A DNA stretch of 32,000 nt from Edaphobacter aggregans (GCF_003945235.1 NZ_RSDW01000001.1:3780001-3812000); one strand, 5' to 3'. Positions 9,374 through 16,902 are shown, counted from the stretch's first letter. Made by a program: numbers and translations. Notes: a model not told the origin generated them from the sequence alone.

Positions 9374-9931
9374 ATGCCGAACTATCTTGAGTTACCCGTC
9401 GGGGCCAACTCCCCTGAGGTAATCAACGCCGTCATCGAGATCCCCCACGAGGGCATCAACAAGTACGAGTACGACAAGGAACTCCACATCTTCCGGCTCG
9501 ACCGCAATCTTTACTCGCCCGTTCACTATCCCGGCGACTACGGATTCATCCCGAGCACACTGGGCGACGACGGCGACCCGCTCGATGTGCTGGTGCTCGT
9601 CGACGCGCCAAGTTTTCCCGGCTGCGTCATGGAGGTTCGCCCCATCGGCCTGCTCGAGATGCTGGACCAGGGCTTGGGCGACGAAAAAGTCCTCGCCGTC
9701 GGCAAGGGCAACCCGCGCTACAAAGACGTGTGGAACTTCTCCGAGATCTACCCCCACATGCTCAAGGAGATCACGCACTTCTTCGCCATCTACAAGGACC
9801 TCGAAGGTAAACGCGTCGAAGTAAAGGGCTGGCGCGACGCCGCCTTCGCCCGCGCCAAAGTCCTCGAAGCGCAGCAGCGCTTCATCGAAAACAAGGCCAA
9901 CCCACTTCCCAAACCAGTTCCCAAGAAATAA
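9374..9931 (+). CDS. ppa: inorganic pyrophosphatase (family I)
   Basis: 185 aa with the family I PPase signature DGDPLDVLVL and EIPHEGINKYEYD / YPGDYGFIPSTL blocks. Confidence 0.95.
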   Translation: MPNYLELPVGANSPEVINAVIEIPHEGINKYEYDKELHIFRLDRNLYSPVHYPGDYGFIPSTLGDDGDPLDVLVLVDAPSFPGCVMEVRPIGLLEMLDQGLGDEKVLAVGKGNPRYKDVWNFSEIYPHMLKEITHFFAIYKDLEGKRVEVKGWRDAAFARAKVLEAQQRFIENKANPLPKPVPKK

Positions 9932-9950
9932 CCCACGCGCAACATCATGA

Positions 9951-9978
9951 AAAAGGTCGCTAGAGATAGCGACCTTTT
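9951..9978. terminator. bidirectional intrinsic terminator between convergent ppa and the CMD gene
   Basis: Perfect 12-bp inverted repeat AAAAGGTCGCTA / TAGCGACCTTTT with a GAGA loop. The GC core (GGTCGCTA) is flanked by an A-run on the left and a T-run on the right, so it gives a U-tract in both directions. A second imperfect hairpin follows at about 9985-10017. Confidence 0.8.
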
Positions 9979-10094
9979 CATGCGCACCACTTCACTATCG
10001 TAGAAAAGTGTAGTGGTCAGTTTGAAATCCATCCAACTTTGACAAGCATTTCAACCGCAACCACATCTGGGCGACGGCCGCGTAAGCGCTCCGG

Positions 10095-10598
10095 TTAGCG
10101 TGCCATGGCGTGGTCGCCCATCCGTTGCTTTCCCGCGTCAGATTTTAACCATTCACCGGCCACCTGGCGGGTCGTAATGTTCAGCCGGTTCATTGCATTC
10201 GTGAGCGCGATCGAGAACGTCAGAGCGGCCAATTCGCGCTCGTCGAAATGCCGAGTAACCTCATTCCACAGTTCATCTGGCACTGGATCAGACCGGTCAG
10301 CGACTCGAGTGGCGGCTTCGGCCAGCGCCAGCGCCGCGCGTTCCGAATCGGTGAAATACGGGGCGTCGCGCCACGCAGAAACGGCAAAGAGCCGCTCGTC
10401 TGTTTCGCCAGCCTTTTTGAGTTGACGCCAGCCCAGGTCCACACACACGCTACAGCCGTTCACTTGACTCGCACGCAGATGGACCAGACCGCGGATCGTT
10501 GAGGACAGGCCACTTTTCTCTACGGCTGAAATCAGCGCAAGGAGCGCCTGCATGGCGTCGGGATGCAGCATTGCGGGATTCTTTAATCGTGATTGCAT
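10095..10598 (-). CDS. carboxymuconolactone decarboxylase (CMD) / AhpD-like family protein
   Basis: The track ORF is trimmed to ATG 10598 (MQSRLKNPAML...), which is preceded by GGAG. It has the AhpD-type CxxC core (LRASQVNGCSVCVDLGW) and a CMD-family length of 167 aa. Confidence 0.85.
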   Translation of the reverse strand: MQSRLKNPAMLHPDAMQALLALISAVEKSGLSSTIRGLVHLRASQVNGCSVCVDLGWRQLKKAGETDERLFAVSAWRDAPYFTDSERAALALAEAATRVADRSDPVPDELWNEVTRHFDERELAALTFSIALTNAMNRLNITTRQVAGEWLKSDAGKQRMGDHAMAR

Positions 10599-10641
10599 GG
10601 GAGGATCTCCTGAAGATGAAATTTCCGTGTTACATACCGAT

Positions 10642-10668
10642 GACGATCCGCGAACAGAAAACGTGACA
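10642..10668 (-). promoter_or_regulatory. ECF41-type promoter motif facing the CMD gene
   Basis: On the minus strand, TGTCACG (10668..10662), then exactly 16 nt, then CGTC (10645..10642). It ends about 43 nt upstream of the CMD ATG and matches the TGTCACA-N16-CGTC consensus I recall for ECF41 targets. Confidence 0.6.
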
Positions 10669-10707
10669 GACACCACCAATGCAGCGCCATCATGAGCACG
10701 TCCCCCC

Positions 10708-10734
10708 TGTCACATAGACTGAGTCTCGTCCGTC
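10708..10734 (+). promoter_or_regulatory. ECF41-type promoter motif facing the sigma factor gene
   Basis: On the plus strand, TGTCACA (10708-10714), then exactly 16 nt, then CGTC (10731-10734). It ends about 35 nt upstream of the sigma ATG at 10770. Confidence 0.6.
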
Positions 10735-10769
10735 ATCATCATGAGACAAACGCGAAGGGAACATGACCC

Positions 10770-11651
10770 ATGGGCCAGAGCGATGCGCTAGCCGAACAAT
10801 TCGAGGAGAGCCGGGGGCACCTGCGCGGAGTTGCCTATAGGATGCTGGGCTCACTGAGCGAGGCCGACGACGTAGTGCAGGAATGCTGGCTGCGGCTGAG
10901 TAGGTCAGACACAGATATCATCGAAAACCTGCGCGGCTGGCTGACCACGGTTGTGGCGCGCATCTGTCTGGATACGCTGCGGTCGCGCAATTCGCGGCGG
11001 GAAGAATCGCTCGAAACCGCTGCTCCCGAATCTGCGCTGAAGCAGGGAAGTACACCTGATCCGGAGACCGAAGCTGTATTGGCCGAATCCGTCGGCTACG
11101 CCACTCTGGTGGTGCTGGACCGGCTCAATCCTGCCGAGCGAATTGCCTTTGTGCTGCATGATCTCTTCGATGTTCCATTTGAGGAGATTGCGCGCATCAC
11201 AGGACGCACGCCGGAAGCGGCCCGGCAACTGGCCAGCCGTGCACGCCGGCGCGTTCGCGGAGCGACCACCTTACCCGAGGGCGAACTCGTGCAGCAGCAA
11301 TCCCTGGTGGAGAAGTTTCTCCTCGCACTGCGTCTGGGAGATGCAACGAAGCTGCTGGAGGTGCTCGACCCGGACTTTGTTGTTCATGCCGATGCTGCGG
11401 CTGCGCCCGGAGTACCGCCGAACCTTCACGGTGCGGAAGCCTGGGCGAAGCAAGCCATCCAGGCCGCGCGAGGTGCACGCCTGGCAAGGCTGGCCATGGT
11501 CGAGGGTTCGGTGGGCCTCCTCGTGGCACCGCGGGGTCGGCTGTTCCGTGTATTGCGATTCACGTTTGTCAACGGCCGTATTGCAGCGATGGAAGTGATC
11601 GGTAATCCCGAACGCCTGCGGACGATCGAGGTCGGCGTGATGGCAGGGTGA
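10770..11651 (+). CDS. ECF sigma factor, group ECF41 (SigJ-like) with fused C-terminal SnoaL-like regulatory domain
   Basis: 293 aa. Region 2 reads LRGVAYRMLGSLSEADDVVQECWLRL...WLTTVVARICLDTLRS. Region 4 reads ERIAFVLHDLFDVPFEEIARITGRTPEAARQLASRARRRV. It has an extra C-terminal domain of about 100 aa, and I see no adjacent anti-sigma gene. It closely resembles my recollection of M. tuberculosis SigJ. Confidence 0.9.
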   Translation: MGQSDALAEQFEESRGHLRGVAYRMLGSLSEADDVVQECWLRLSRSDTDIIENLRGWLTTVVARICLDTLRSRNSRREESLETAAPESALKQGSTPDPETEAVLAESVGYATLVVLDRLNPAERIAFVLHDLFDVPFEEIARITGRTPEAARQLASRARRRVRGATTLPEGELVQQQSLVEKFLLALRLGDATKLLEVLDPDFVVHADAAAAPGVPPNLHGAEAWAKQAIQAARGARLARLAMVEGSVGLLVAPRGRLFRVLRFTFVNGRIAAMEVIGNPERLRTIEVGVMAG

Positions 11652-11795
11652 GGTCGAAAGCCGTGGCTTTAGCCACCGATAGACCCTTTAGAACCAGCCA
11701 GTTCTGCAATTTTGTACCATTGCCTCGTCTTTCACTGCGTTTTACGGAACCCCAATGACACAGTCTCCGTATAATCCATCAGAGAGGGTACTCCC

Positions 11796-12032
11796 ATGAC
11801 ACCTCCGTATCGTCCATCACAGGGTGATCCCACGAGCCGCTTCGTTCTCTTCGTAGCTGCTTTCCTCATCATCGTAGGCATCAGTTCTCAGGCCTCGCAG
11901 AGTAGCGCCTCGATTAAGTCCATGTGTGTCTGCGTCCCGGCTCGGGCGGGACTAATCATGAAGTCGGCGCTTGCGAGGACGCAGGCACGATCCACGAAGC
12001 CATTTACCACCAGGGCGACCGTTACCCAGTAA
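11796..12032 (+). CDS. hypothetical small single-pass membrane protein (weak call)
   Basis: 78-aa ORF with one hydrophobic helix (FVLFVAAFLIIVGI). It is preceded by a perfect TATAAT (11770-11775) and a GAGAGGG Shine-Dalgarno-like run. I recognise no homology. Confidence 0.3.
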   Translation: MTPPYRPSQGDPTSRFVLFVAAFLIIVGISSQASQSSASIKSMCVCVPARAGLIMKSALARTQARSTKPFTTRATVTQ

Positions 12033-12154
12033 CAAGAGTCAGCGCGACCGCCATTTCTTTGCCGGGTTCCTACGCATGAACTCCTCCATCCTGGCTCTCT
12101 CCGCGATGGCCTGGATGCGTTCCCGATCTTGAAAGAAGACTCGCCGCTACGCCC

Positions 12155-12715
12155 TCAAAACCAGCCCCCGGACGGCTCGAGGCCATTGATGCGCAGATAC
12201 GTGACGAGATTGCCATAATGCAAGGCGTCATGATTTCCGACTTGCGTCAAAATGAACATCTTGTTCGTCTTGAAGCCCCAGAAGTCCGCCGGGTCATTGA
12301 GGTGCGCATCGGTGAAACCAGAGAACGCGCCATCGCAATAGCTGAACGAGCCTTTAAGGTAGGCCACGATCTCCGCCTTCGAACCCTTCGCGGCAGCCGG
12401 GGCGGTGAGTGCTTCACCCTTGGCGTTTGAACACAAATAGTAGGAAATATCCGCCACATGAGTCACAATCTCGCCAAACGAGCGAACCTCCTTCGTCGGC
12501 CGGTAGCTGTACTTGGACTCTGGCATCATGTCCGCCGCCTTCATGATCTTGTCCTGCATATTGCTACGAAAAATGGATAACGTCATCGTCAGCGGCTGCG
12601 GCGCTGCGATCGGATTGGGGAAGTTTGGCGAGATCTGGGCGTTGGCCAGGGACGCCAACACCGAAACAGATACCAGGCCAACGGGAACCACGACGCGAGC
12701 CATGGATCGGAACAT
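12155..12715 (-). CDS. DinB-family (DinB/YfiT-like four-helix bundle) protein, probably secreted
   Basis: The track ORF is trimmed to M40 (MFRSMARVVVPVGLVSVSVLASLANAQ, signal-like; ATG 12703 is also possible). DinB-like blocks are present: SFGEIVTHVADISYYLC ... VGNHDALHYGNLVTYLRINGLEP. Confidence 0.75.
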   Translation of the reverse strand: MFRSMARVVVPVGLVSVSVLASLANAQISPNFPNPIAAPQPLTMTLSIFRSNMQDKIMKAADMMPESKYSYRPTKEVRSFGEIVTHVADISYYLCSNAKGEALTAPAAAKGSKAEIVAYLKGSFSYCDGAFSGFTDAHLNDPADFWGFKTNKMFILTQVGNHDALHYGNLVTYLRINGLEPSGGWF

Positions 12716-13142
12716 CAGCGCAAGGACAACGTGCCAGGTTCCAACTCTTACAGGCTGAGAAGGAATCTGTCTGGTAAGCCTCTCGATTAAATTGCGGATC
12801 GTGCAGAAGAGAGCTTTCGGGAAGTATCGCATTTGACGTCCTCCTGCATGGCAACGTTTGCACGCAAGGTTCCAGTTGGCGCGCTGAACGCTACCTCTTT
12901 GTAGTCACCAGATAACAAAATGACGAGGGCTCTGGACTCTATGCCGCACTGTCCATTTTCGATAAACACTGTCCGCTGGCAGCATTCAGGCAGTGGTCTC
13001 CTGGCATCTCGCGGAGACAACATTACTGCGGATGAGGCGGATCAGACCGGAATATTTCCACTGGATCTGCCCGAGCTACTCCACGATGCGGTCAAACAGC
13101 GGACTTATAAGCCCTATCTAACCGAAACTGGCTTCTGACTGG

Positions 13143-13188
13143 AAACGGGTTTTGAAAAACAAGGACTACTTGCCGAAAACCCGGTTTT
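13143..13188. repeat. GAAAC/GTTTC repeat family, site d (inverted pair, degenerate)
   Basis: AAACGGGTTTTGAAAAAC (13143-13160) plus the 13-nt perfect palindrome AAAACCCGGTTTT (13176-13188). An extra CCGAAAC lies at 13122-13128. Confidence 0.5.
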
Positions 13189-13318
13189 ACGGGAAATTAA
13201 GTCTGCGACAGCGTTTGGGTTCAGAGACCGGTAATTGGCTCTCGGGGGAAATCCGACGAAGGTCATGGTCGCAGTAGTGCCTGAGTTCAATCAGCGGGCG
13301 CGGCCTGTCTGGCAAGAC

Positions 13319-13549
13319 TCAACTGTGAACGATCTTCTTCCCATCCGAACCCGTGATCGTCACCGTGCAACTCTTTTTTCCGGTTTTGATCTCGATGGTG
13401 TCTTCCCAACAAACGCGCTTGTTTTTCCACAACCAGGAGACCTGCTGGGGTCCATCGCTCGCCACAACTCTCGTTTGCTGGGAACGAAATACCGCAAGGA
13501 TTCCGGTAAGCGCCGCAATCATCGGCTTTAACAAGCTAATGGCCGTCAA
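13319..13549 (-). CDS. hypothetical small protein (weak call)
   Basis: 76-aa ORF with a TTG start (ATG alternative at 13522) and a short hydrophobic N-terminus. It has no recognisable family and no clear RBS. Confidence 0.25.
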   Translation of the reverse strand: MTAISLLKPMIAALTGILAVFRSQQTRVVASDGPQQVSWLWKNKRVCWEDTIEIKTGKKSCTVTITGSDGKKIVHS

Positions 13550-13653
13550 ACCCGATGATCGTCGGCTGTAACTTTTGTGACATAACTTGTGACTTATAGG
13601 TTCAATCAGTCTCTTTTAAGCCCGACAAAATCAACGGTGCGTCAAAGGGGCGT

Positions 13654-14415
13654 TTACCATACCGTGGCCCGTACCACGCGTTTGTTGCGCTCTTGCAATG
13701 GACGAAAGTCGTCGCCCAGAATAGTCCGAAAAGCTTCGAATTGTTCCGACGACAATTCAGCCCACTCCTTCAAGACAATCCATTTCACCGACTCCGTACA
13801 GGGCGGTGTAGTAAGGGATCCCGGATAGGTGTAATACCTATTCGTGTCAGTAAAAGCCTTTTCGAAATCAAGTTTATTGACTGTTACCGGTGCGGATGTG
13901 GTTAGTTTCGGTAAACCGGCGGCGATCAAATTCCCCAGGAATTTGCTTTGCTTGCCGATCTTATACAACATTCCAATGACCACATAATTGTTCTTTGCAT
14001 CGATGAATACCGCATGAAGCTCCATCACACCATGCGTTCCTTCCACGGTATGTTCGGAGAGCGTGTGGAAGTGAAATTGGCTGAGAGTGTAGATCTCGCT
14101 ACCGATCGTCAGTGTTCCCCCCTCCTGGGGCGTGGCCTGGATCGTGTGACCGTTGTTGATCAACGTATATGCCATCTTATTAAGGATGAGGTTCAGACCG
14201 CCGAGCCCCGGGTCTAGAACCACGGAGTCAATATCGATAGGGGACTGGCGTCCCGTTGGCGATGGAGCGCAAGCCGAAAAGTCACTTTCGAGATCGGACC
14301 AATACCCTGGGCCGGTATCTCCGTTGTAGGTGAATTCATGTTGGGCGGTTGCGGGGATGCAACTGCCGACACACAGTACAAGGACAGCTATTAACAGCCT
14401 CGTCGTACGCTTCAT
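13654..14415 (-). CDS. alpha-class carbonic anhydrase, periplasmic
   Basis: The track ORF is trimmed to ATG 14415 (MKRTTRLLIAVLVLCVGSCIPATAQ signal peptide, AAGGAAA RBS upstream). Alpha-CA hallmarks are present: QSPIDI, the Zn histidines in QFHFHTLSEHTVEG and MELHAVF, and the YYTYPGSLTTPPCTESVKWIVL signature. Confidence 0.9.
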   Translation of the reverse strand: MKRTTRLLIAVLVLCVGSCIPATAQHEFTYNGDTGPGYWSDLESDFSACAPSPTGRQSPIDIDSVVLDPGLGGLNLILNKMAYTLINNGHTIQATPQEGGTLTIGSEIYTLSQFHFHTLSEHTVEGTHGVMELHAVFIDAKNNYVVIGMLYKIGKQSKFLGNLIAAGLPKLTTSAPVTVNKLDFEKAFTDTNRYYTYPGSLTTPPCTESVKWIVLKEWAELSSEQFEAFRTILGDDFRPLQERNKRVVRATVW

Positions 14416-14792
14416 TTTCGATTTCCTTTCGGAGTACGGGGAACCGCTGCGGGTAAGGAGTCCGCGATCCAATAACTACGGAACAGGTCCGGTCTGAACC
14501 GCTATCGCTCGATGAATGGCGAGGGATAGAATCAATCTTCTTTAGAGCTTGGGAGAGATCCAGTAAACGGAAGGATATTGCAATTACTGTATCTCTTGCT
14601 AATGAATCATTCATCGCCCGTCAAAAATTGAACAATCTTCTCGTTACCAACTCGCCGAGGTTGGCGATTGGCGATGAGCGGCCAGGTTGCTCCTTGAACC
14701 CTGAACAGAGCGCCTTGTGGCTTCTGGGCGGGTGGTGCGCGATTCGGAAGTTATGCACTGAGAGTCATTCAGCGATCGCGAGCTCAAAATCC

Positions 14793-14833
14793 AAACCCCG
14801 CGAGGTAGTTCCCTTAAACGGGGTTTCGGAAAC
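14793..14833. repeat. GAAAC/GTTTC repeat family, site a (also a possible terminator of the upstream minus-strand gene)
   Basis: AAACGGGGTTTCGGAAAC (14816-14833). Its CGGGGTTT (14819-14826) is the perfect complement of AAACCCCG (14793-14800), giving an 8-bp stem with an 18-nt loop. On the minus strand this is followed by GGATTTTG and lies 29 nt past the stop at 14862. Confidence 0.55.
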
Positions 14834-14861
14834 AACAACCGAAGTTGCCGCAAATGCGACT

Positions 14862-15893
14862 TCAGGGGAATTTGGAGGCACGCACCAGAGATGGGTGGCC
14901 ATCCTTCACTTGGAAATAGAGAAACTCATGGTTACCTGCGTAGCAGAGCGCCGATCCGACGAAGTCATGCGGCATTTGGTAGAAGCCCTCTGGTTCGCCG
15001 TTGCTTGCATTCACCAGCAGCCAGGTTTGCGCCAGCGGCCCGAAGTAAGGAAGTGATGGTTTGTTAGTGCTTTCAGCTTTCCCGGAGGCTGAACGGTCCG
15101 GGTATGAAAAGTTGATCGCGATCACTCCGTTCACCAACTGGAGGCTTAAGGGATGTGAATCCTTCGTAGGCTTCAGGAGCGGGAAGGTTTGGAGTAGCTC
15201 TCCTCGAGGGCTCGATACCTCGATAGTAGAATCTGTCGTCGCGATGAAGGTATAGACACCGCCCGACGCAATCAAGGTCTCGGTGCGATCTGAAGAGAGA
15301 TCGAAGTTCTTGCCCTGCACGGTCTTGCGAATGAGTCTGCCATCTGCATCGAGCCAAACCGTAAGAGGTGTCTGGTTGGTTGCGGGCGACGTCTCATTCA
15401 CCGCGACCGAGCCAAAGATCATCAAGCTTCCGTTTTGTGAGACGGCAAACGAACGAGGATGGAAGGACGGGGGCAGTTGAAGGCCGGTGCGTCGTACCTC
15501 TTCGTTGGAGGACGAGAACTGGATTAAGCGTTGGTCATCGGCGTGGGAGAAGATGGCATAGAGGGTGCCGTCTGGATCTACGGAAAAATGCCATTCGCCT
15601 TCTTCGCCCAGGTCGGCGGGTAAGCGAACTCGATCGACTCGTTGGCCATCCTGCGAGACGCGAAGAATGTTTCCGGCTTCGACGATGCGGCCAACCAAGT
15701 CAAAGAAAACATCTCCGTGTGCATCGCACTGGTTTGAAGAAAAGGAGAATGGCGAGACCGATACGGGACGTGCGTCCCGTTGATTGAACTGGATTGTTGG
15801 AGGGGTTGGCGGCCCAGTCTGCTGCGCGAGCATGCCTGAGCACACGCCTCCAATTGACCAACAGAGCGCGACTGATCGTAGGCGTTTTGTCAT
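14862..15893 (-). CDS. hypothetical secreted protein, beta-propeller-like repeat pattern
   Basis: Long ORF with a signal peptide from ATG 15893 (MTKRLRSVALCWSIGGVCSGMLAQQ); the track start 15953 is an alternative. It has recurring blade-like segments (DGTLYAIF, NGSLMIFG, GGVYTFIA, NGVIAINF). I can name no family. Confidence 0.65.
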   Translation of the reverse strand: MTKRLRSVALCWSIGGVCSGMLAQQTGPPTPPTIQFNQRDARPVSVSPFSFSSNQCDAHGDVFFDLVGRIVEAGNILRVSQDGQRVDRVRLPADLGEEGEWHFSVDPDGTLYAIFSHADDQRLIQFSSSNEEVRRTGLQLPPSFHPRSFAVSQNGSLMIFGSVAVNETSPATNQTPLTVWLDADGRLIRKTVQGKNFDLSSDRTETLIASGGVYTFIATTDSTIEVSSPRGELLQTFPLLKPTKDSHPLSLQLVNGVIAINFSYPDRSASGKAESTNKPSLPYFGPLAQTWLLVNASNGEPEGFYQMPHDFVGSALCYAGNHEFLYFQVKDGHPSLVRASKFP

Positions 15894-15980
15894 CTGGAGA
15901 GGACCTTCCCTGGGCCTCTTTACCATTGCTGTATGAATAGCATAGTTCGGCATCTACGACTATGACCGGGGCTTCCACGA

Positions 15981-16029
15981 AAACGGGGTTGTCGGAAACT
16001 TCGTTTTCCATGCTTGAACTTTCCGACAA
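15981..16029. repeat. GAAAC/GTTTC repeat family, site b (inverted pair)
   Basis: AAACGGGGTTGTCGGAAAC (15981-15999). TTGTCGGAAACTTC (15989-16002) and GAACTTTCCGACAA (16016-16029) form a 13/14 inverted repeat with a 13-nt spacer. Confidence 0.55.
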
Positions 16030-16292
16030 TGCGGGTGGTCTCAATGGGTCGACGCAACACTCAGCTCAGACCCACATTCAATGAAAACAAAAGCTAAAAG
16101 CGCTGGCTAGGGTTAGATCAGCCGGAATCTTGCCTGGCTAGGTTTTGACCACATCAGCCAAACAGATCAATTCTTCAGGGTAAGCATTTGTGGATCAGCT
16201 GATTAGATAGTGTTGCATCGACCGGTTGAGCTGGCACCACTTTTGGGGAACTTGACGACAGCGTTGACTGAATCTGAGAGTAAGAGGTGTTC

Positions 16293-16601
16293 CTAAGCTA
16301 TGCTCGCGCTATGTTCTGTGGCGGTTGCTCTACGCCAATCAAGGAAACGCACATAGGAAAGAGATCCACTGAGCGCTAATCCGGCCAGCACGGCTACGAA
16401 AAATAGGATGTCAGAGGCACGAAGCAACCAGTTCTGTTGCTCAAAGAACATTGTTGCAAACAAAATGCTCATCAGGATATTGAGGATCATCCAGCCAAAC
16501 CATTTCAAGAAGGCTGCGCGGTAAGTTGACGCAGTGCTAAATGCCTTGCGTCTGGCTAGTTCTTCTCTGCCTTTCGCTCTCTGCTCCTCTGACCAGGCCA
16601 T
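16293..16601 (-). CDS. hypothetical small membrane protein (2 TM)
   Basis: 102-aa ORF with a charged N-terminus followed by two clear hydrophobic helices (WFGWMILNILMSILFATMFF; ILFFVAVLAGLALSGSL). I recognise no family. Confidence 0.5.
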   Translation of the reverse strand: MAWSEEQRAKGREELARRKAFSTASTYRAAFLKWFGWMILNILMSILFATMFFEQQNWLLRASDILFFVAVLAGLALSGSLSYVRFLDWRRATATEHSASIA

Positions 16602-16651
16602 GACCCCACTATAAGCTATCTAGCTTACCTCGCCTACGGCTATCTCCCGCG

Positions 16652-16669
16652 AAACGGGGTTTCGGAAAG
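16652..16669. repeat. GAAAC/GTTTC repeat family, site c
   Basis: AAACGGGGTTTCGGAAAG. The first 17 nt are identical to 14816-14832. It lies 51-68 nt upstream of the 102-aa gene start. CGAAAC-GGG-GTTTCG forms a local 6-bp palindrome. Confidence 0.55.
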
Positions 16670-16857
16670 TTCATCGCCGAGCCATGCATCCAGAAAATCG
16701 ATAAGTCCAGACAAGTCAGCTTCTCGTCAGTAAAGCTGTTGCAGCGCAGCCCATTCCGCGCACAATTTCGTAACACCCTCGTACCTCACCAACTCAATGA
16801 ACAGTGACGCCACAAAAATTAGTGCGTCCCATATCTGGCAGCCTAATCGCCATATTG

Positions 16858-16883
16858 GCGGTTCGCGCGAAAGCGCGAGCCGC
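16858..16883 (-). terminator. stem-loop just downstream of the APC permease stop
   Basis: GCGGTTCGCGC-GAAA-GCGCGAGCCGC: an 11-bp stem (one G.U pair) with a GNRA-type tetraloop, 20 nt past the stop codon. A second small hairpin, CGCCA-TAT-TGGCG, is adjacent. There is no clear U-tract, so this may be a stabiliser or a Rho-assisted site. Confidence 0.45.
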
Positions 16884-16902
16884 TCTCCCATCCCAGCCGC
16901 AA

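Noticed and set aside
12720-12737. Sigma54-like TGGCACG...TTGC on the minus strand just upstream of the DinB-family start
   Set aside because: The GG-to-GC spacing is 2 nt too long for the strict -24/-12 geometry, and the implied start site would fall at or beyond the ATG. No enhancer-binding protein gene is nearby.
14628-16044. Track ORFs 14628-15056 (+), 15368-15787 (+), 15700-16044 (-) and others overlapping the 343-aa secreted protein gene
   Set aside because: They are out of frame or antisense to a longer ORF that has a good signal peptide, and they have no family resemblance.
16231-16246. Sigma54-like TGGCACC-ACTT-TTGG on the plus strand
   Set aside because: The -12 element is GG instead of the near-invariant GC, and there is no plus-strand gene downstream to drive.
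13122-16673. Possibility that the GAAAC/GTTTC repeats are a degenerate CRISPR array, or that they encode a conserved peptide (minus-strand readings VSETPFKG / LSETPFRG / VSDNPVF)
   Set aside because: The copies are 0.7-1.7 kb apart rather than separated by regular 30-40-nt spacers, and no cas genes are present. The peptide similarity is just a consequence of nucleotide identity: the three readings are not in supportable ORFs, since one follows a stop, one ends after 4 codons, and one overlaps the real gene out of frame.
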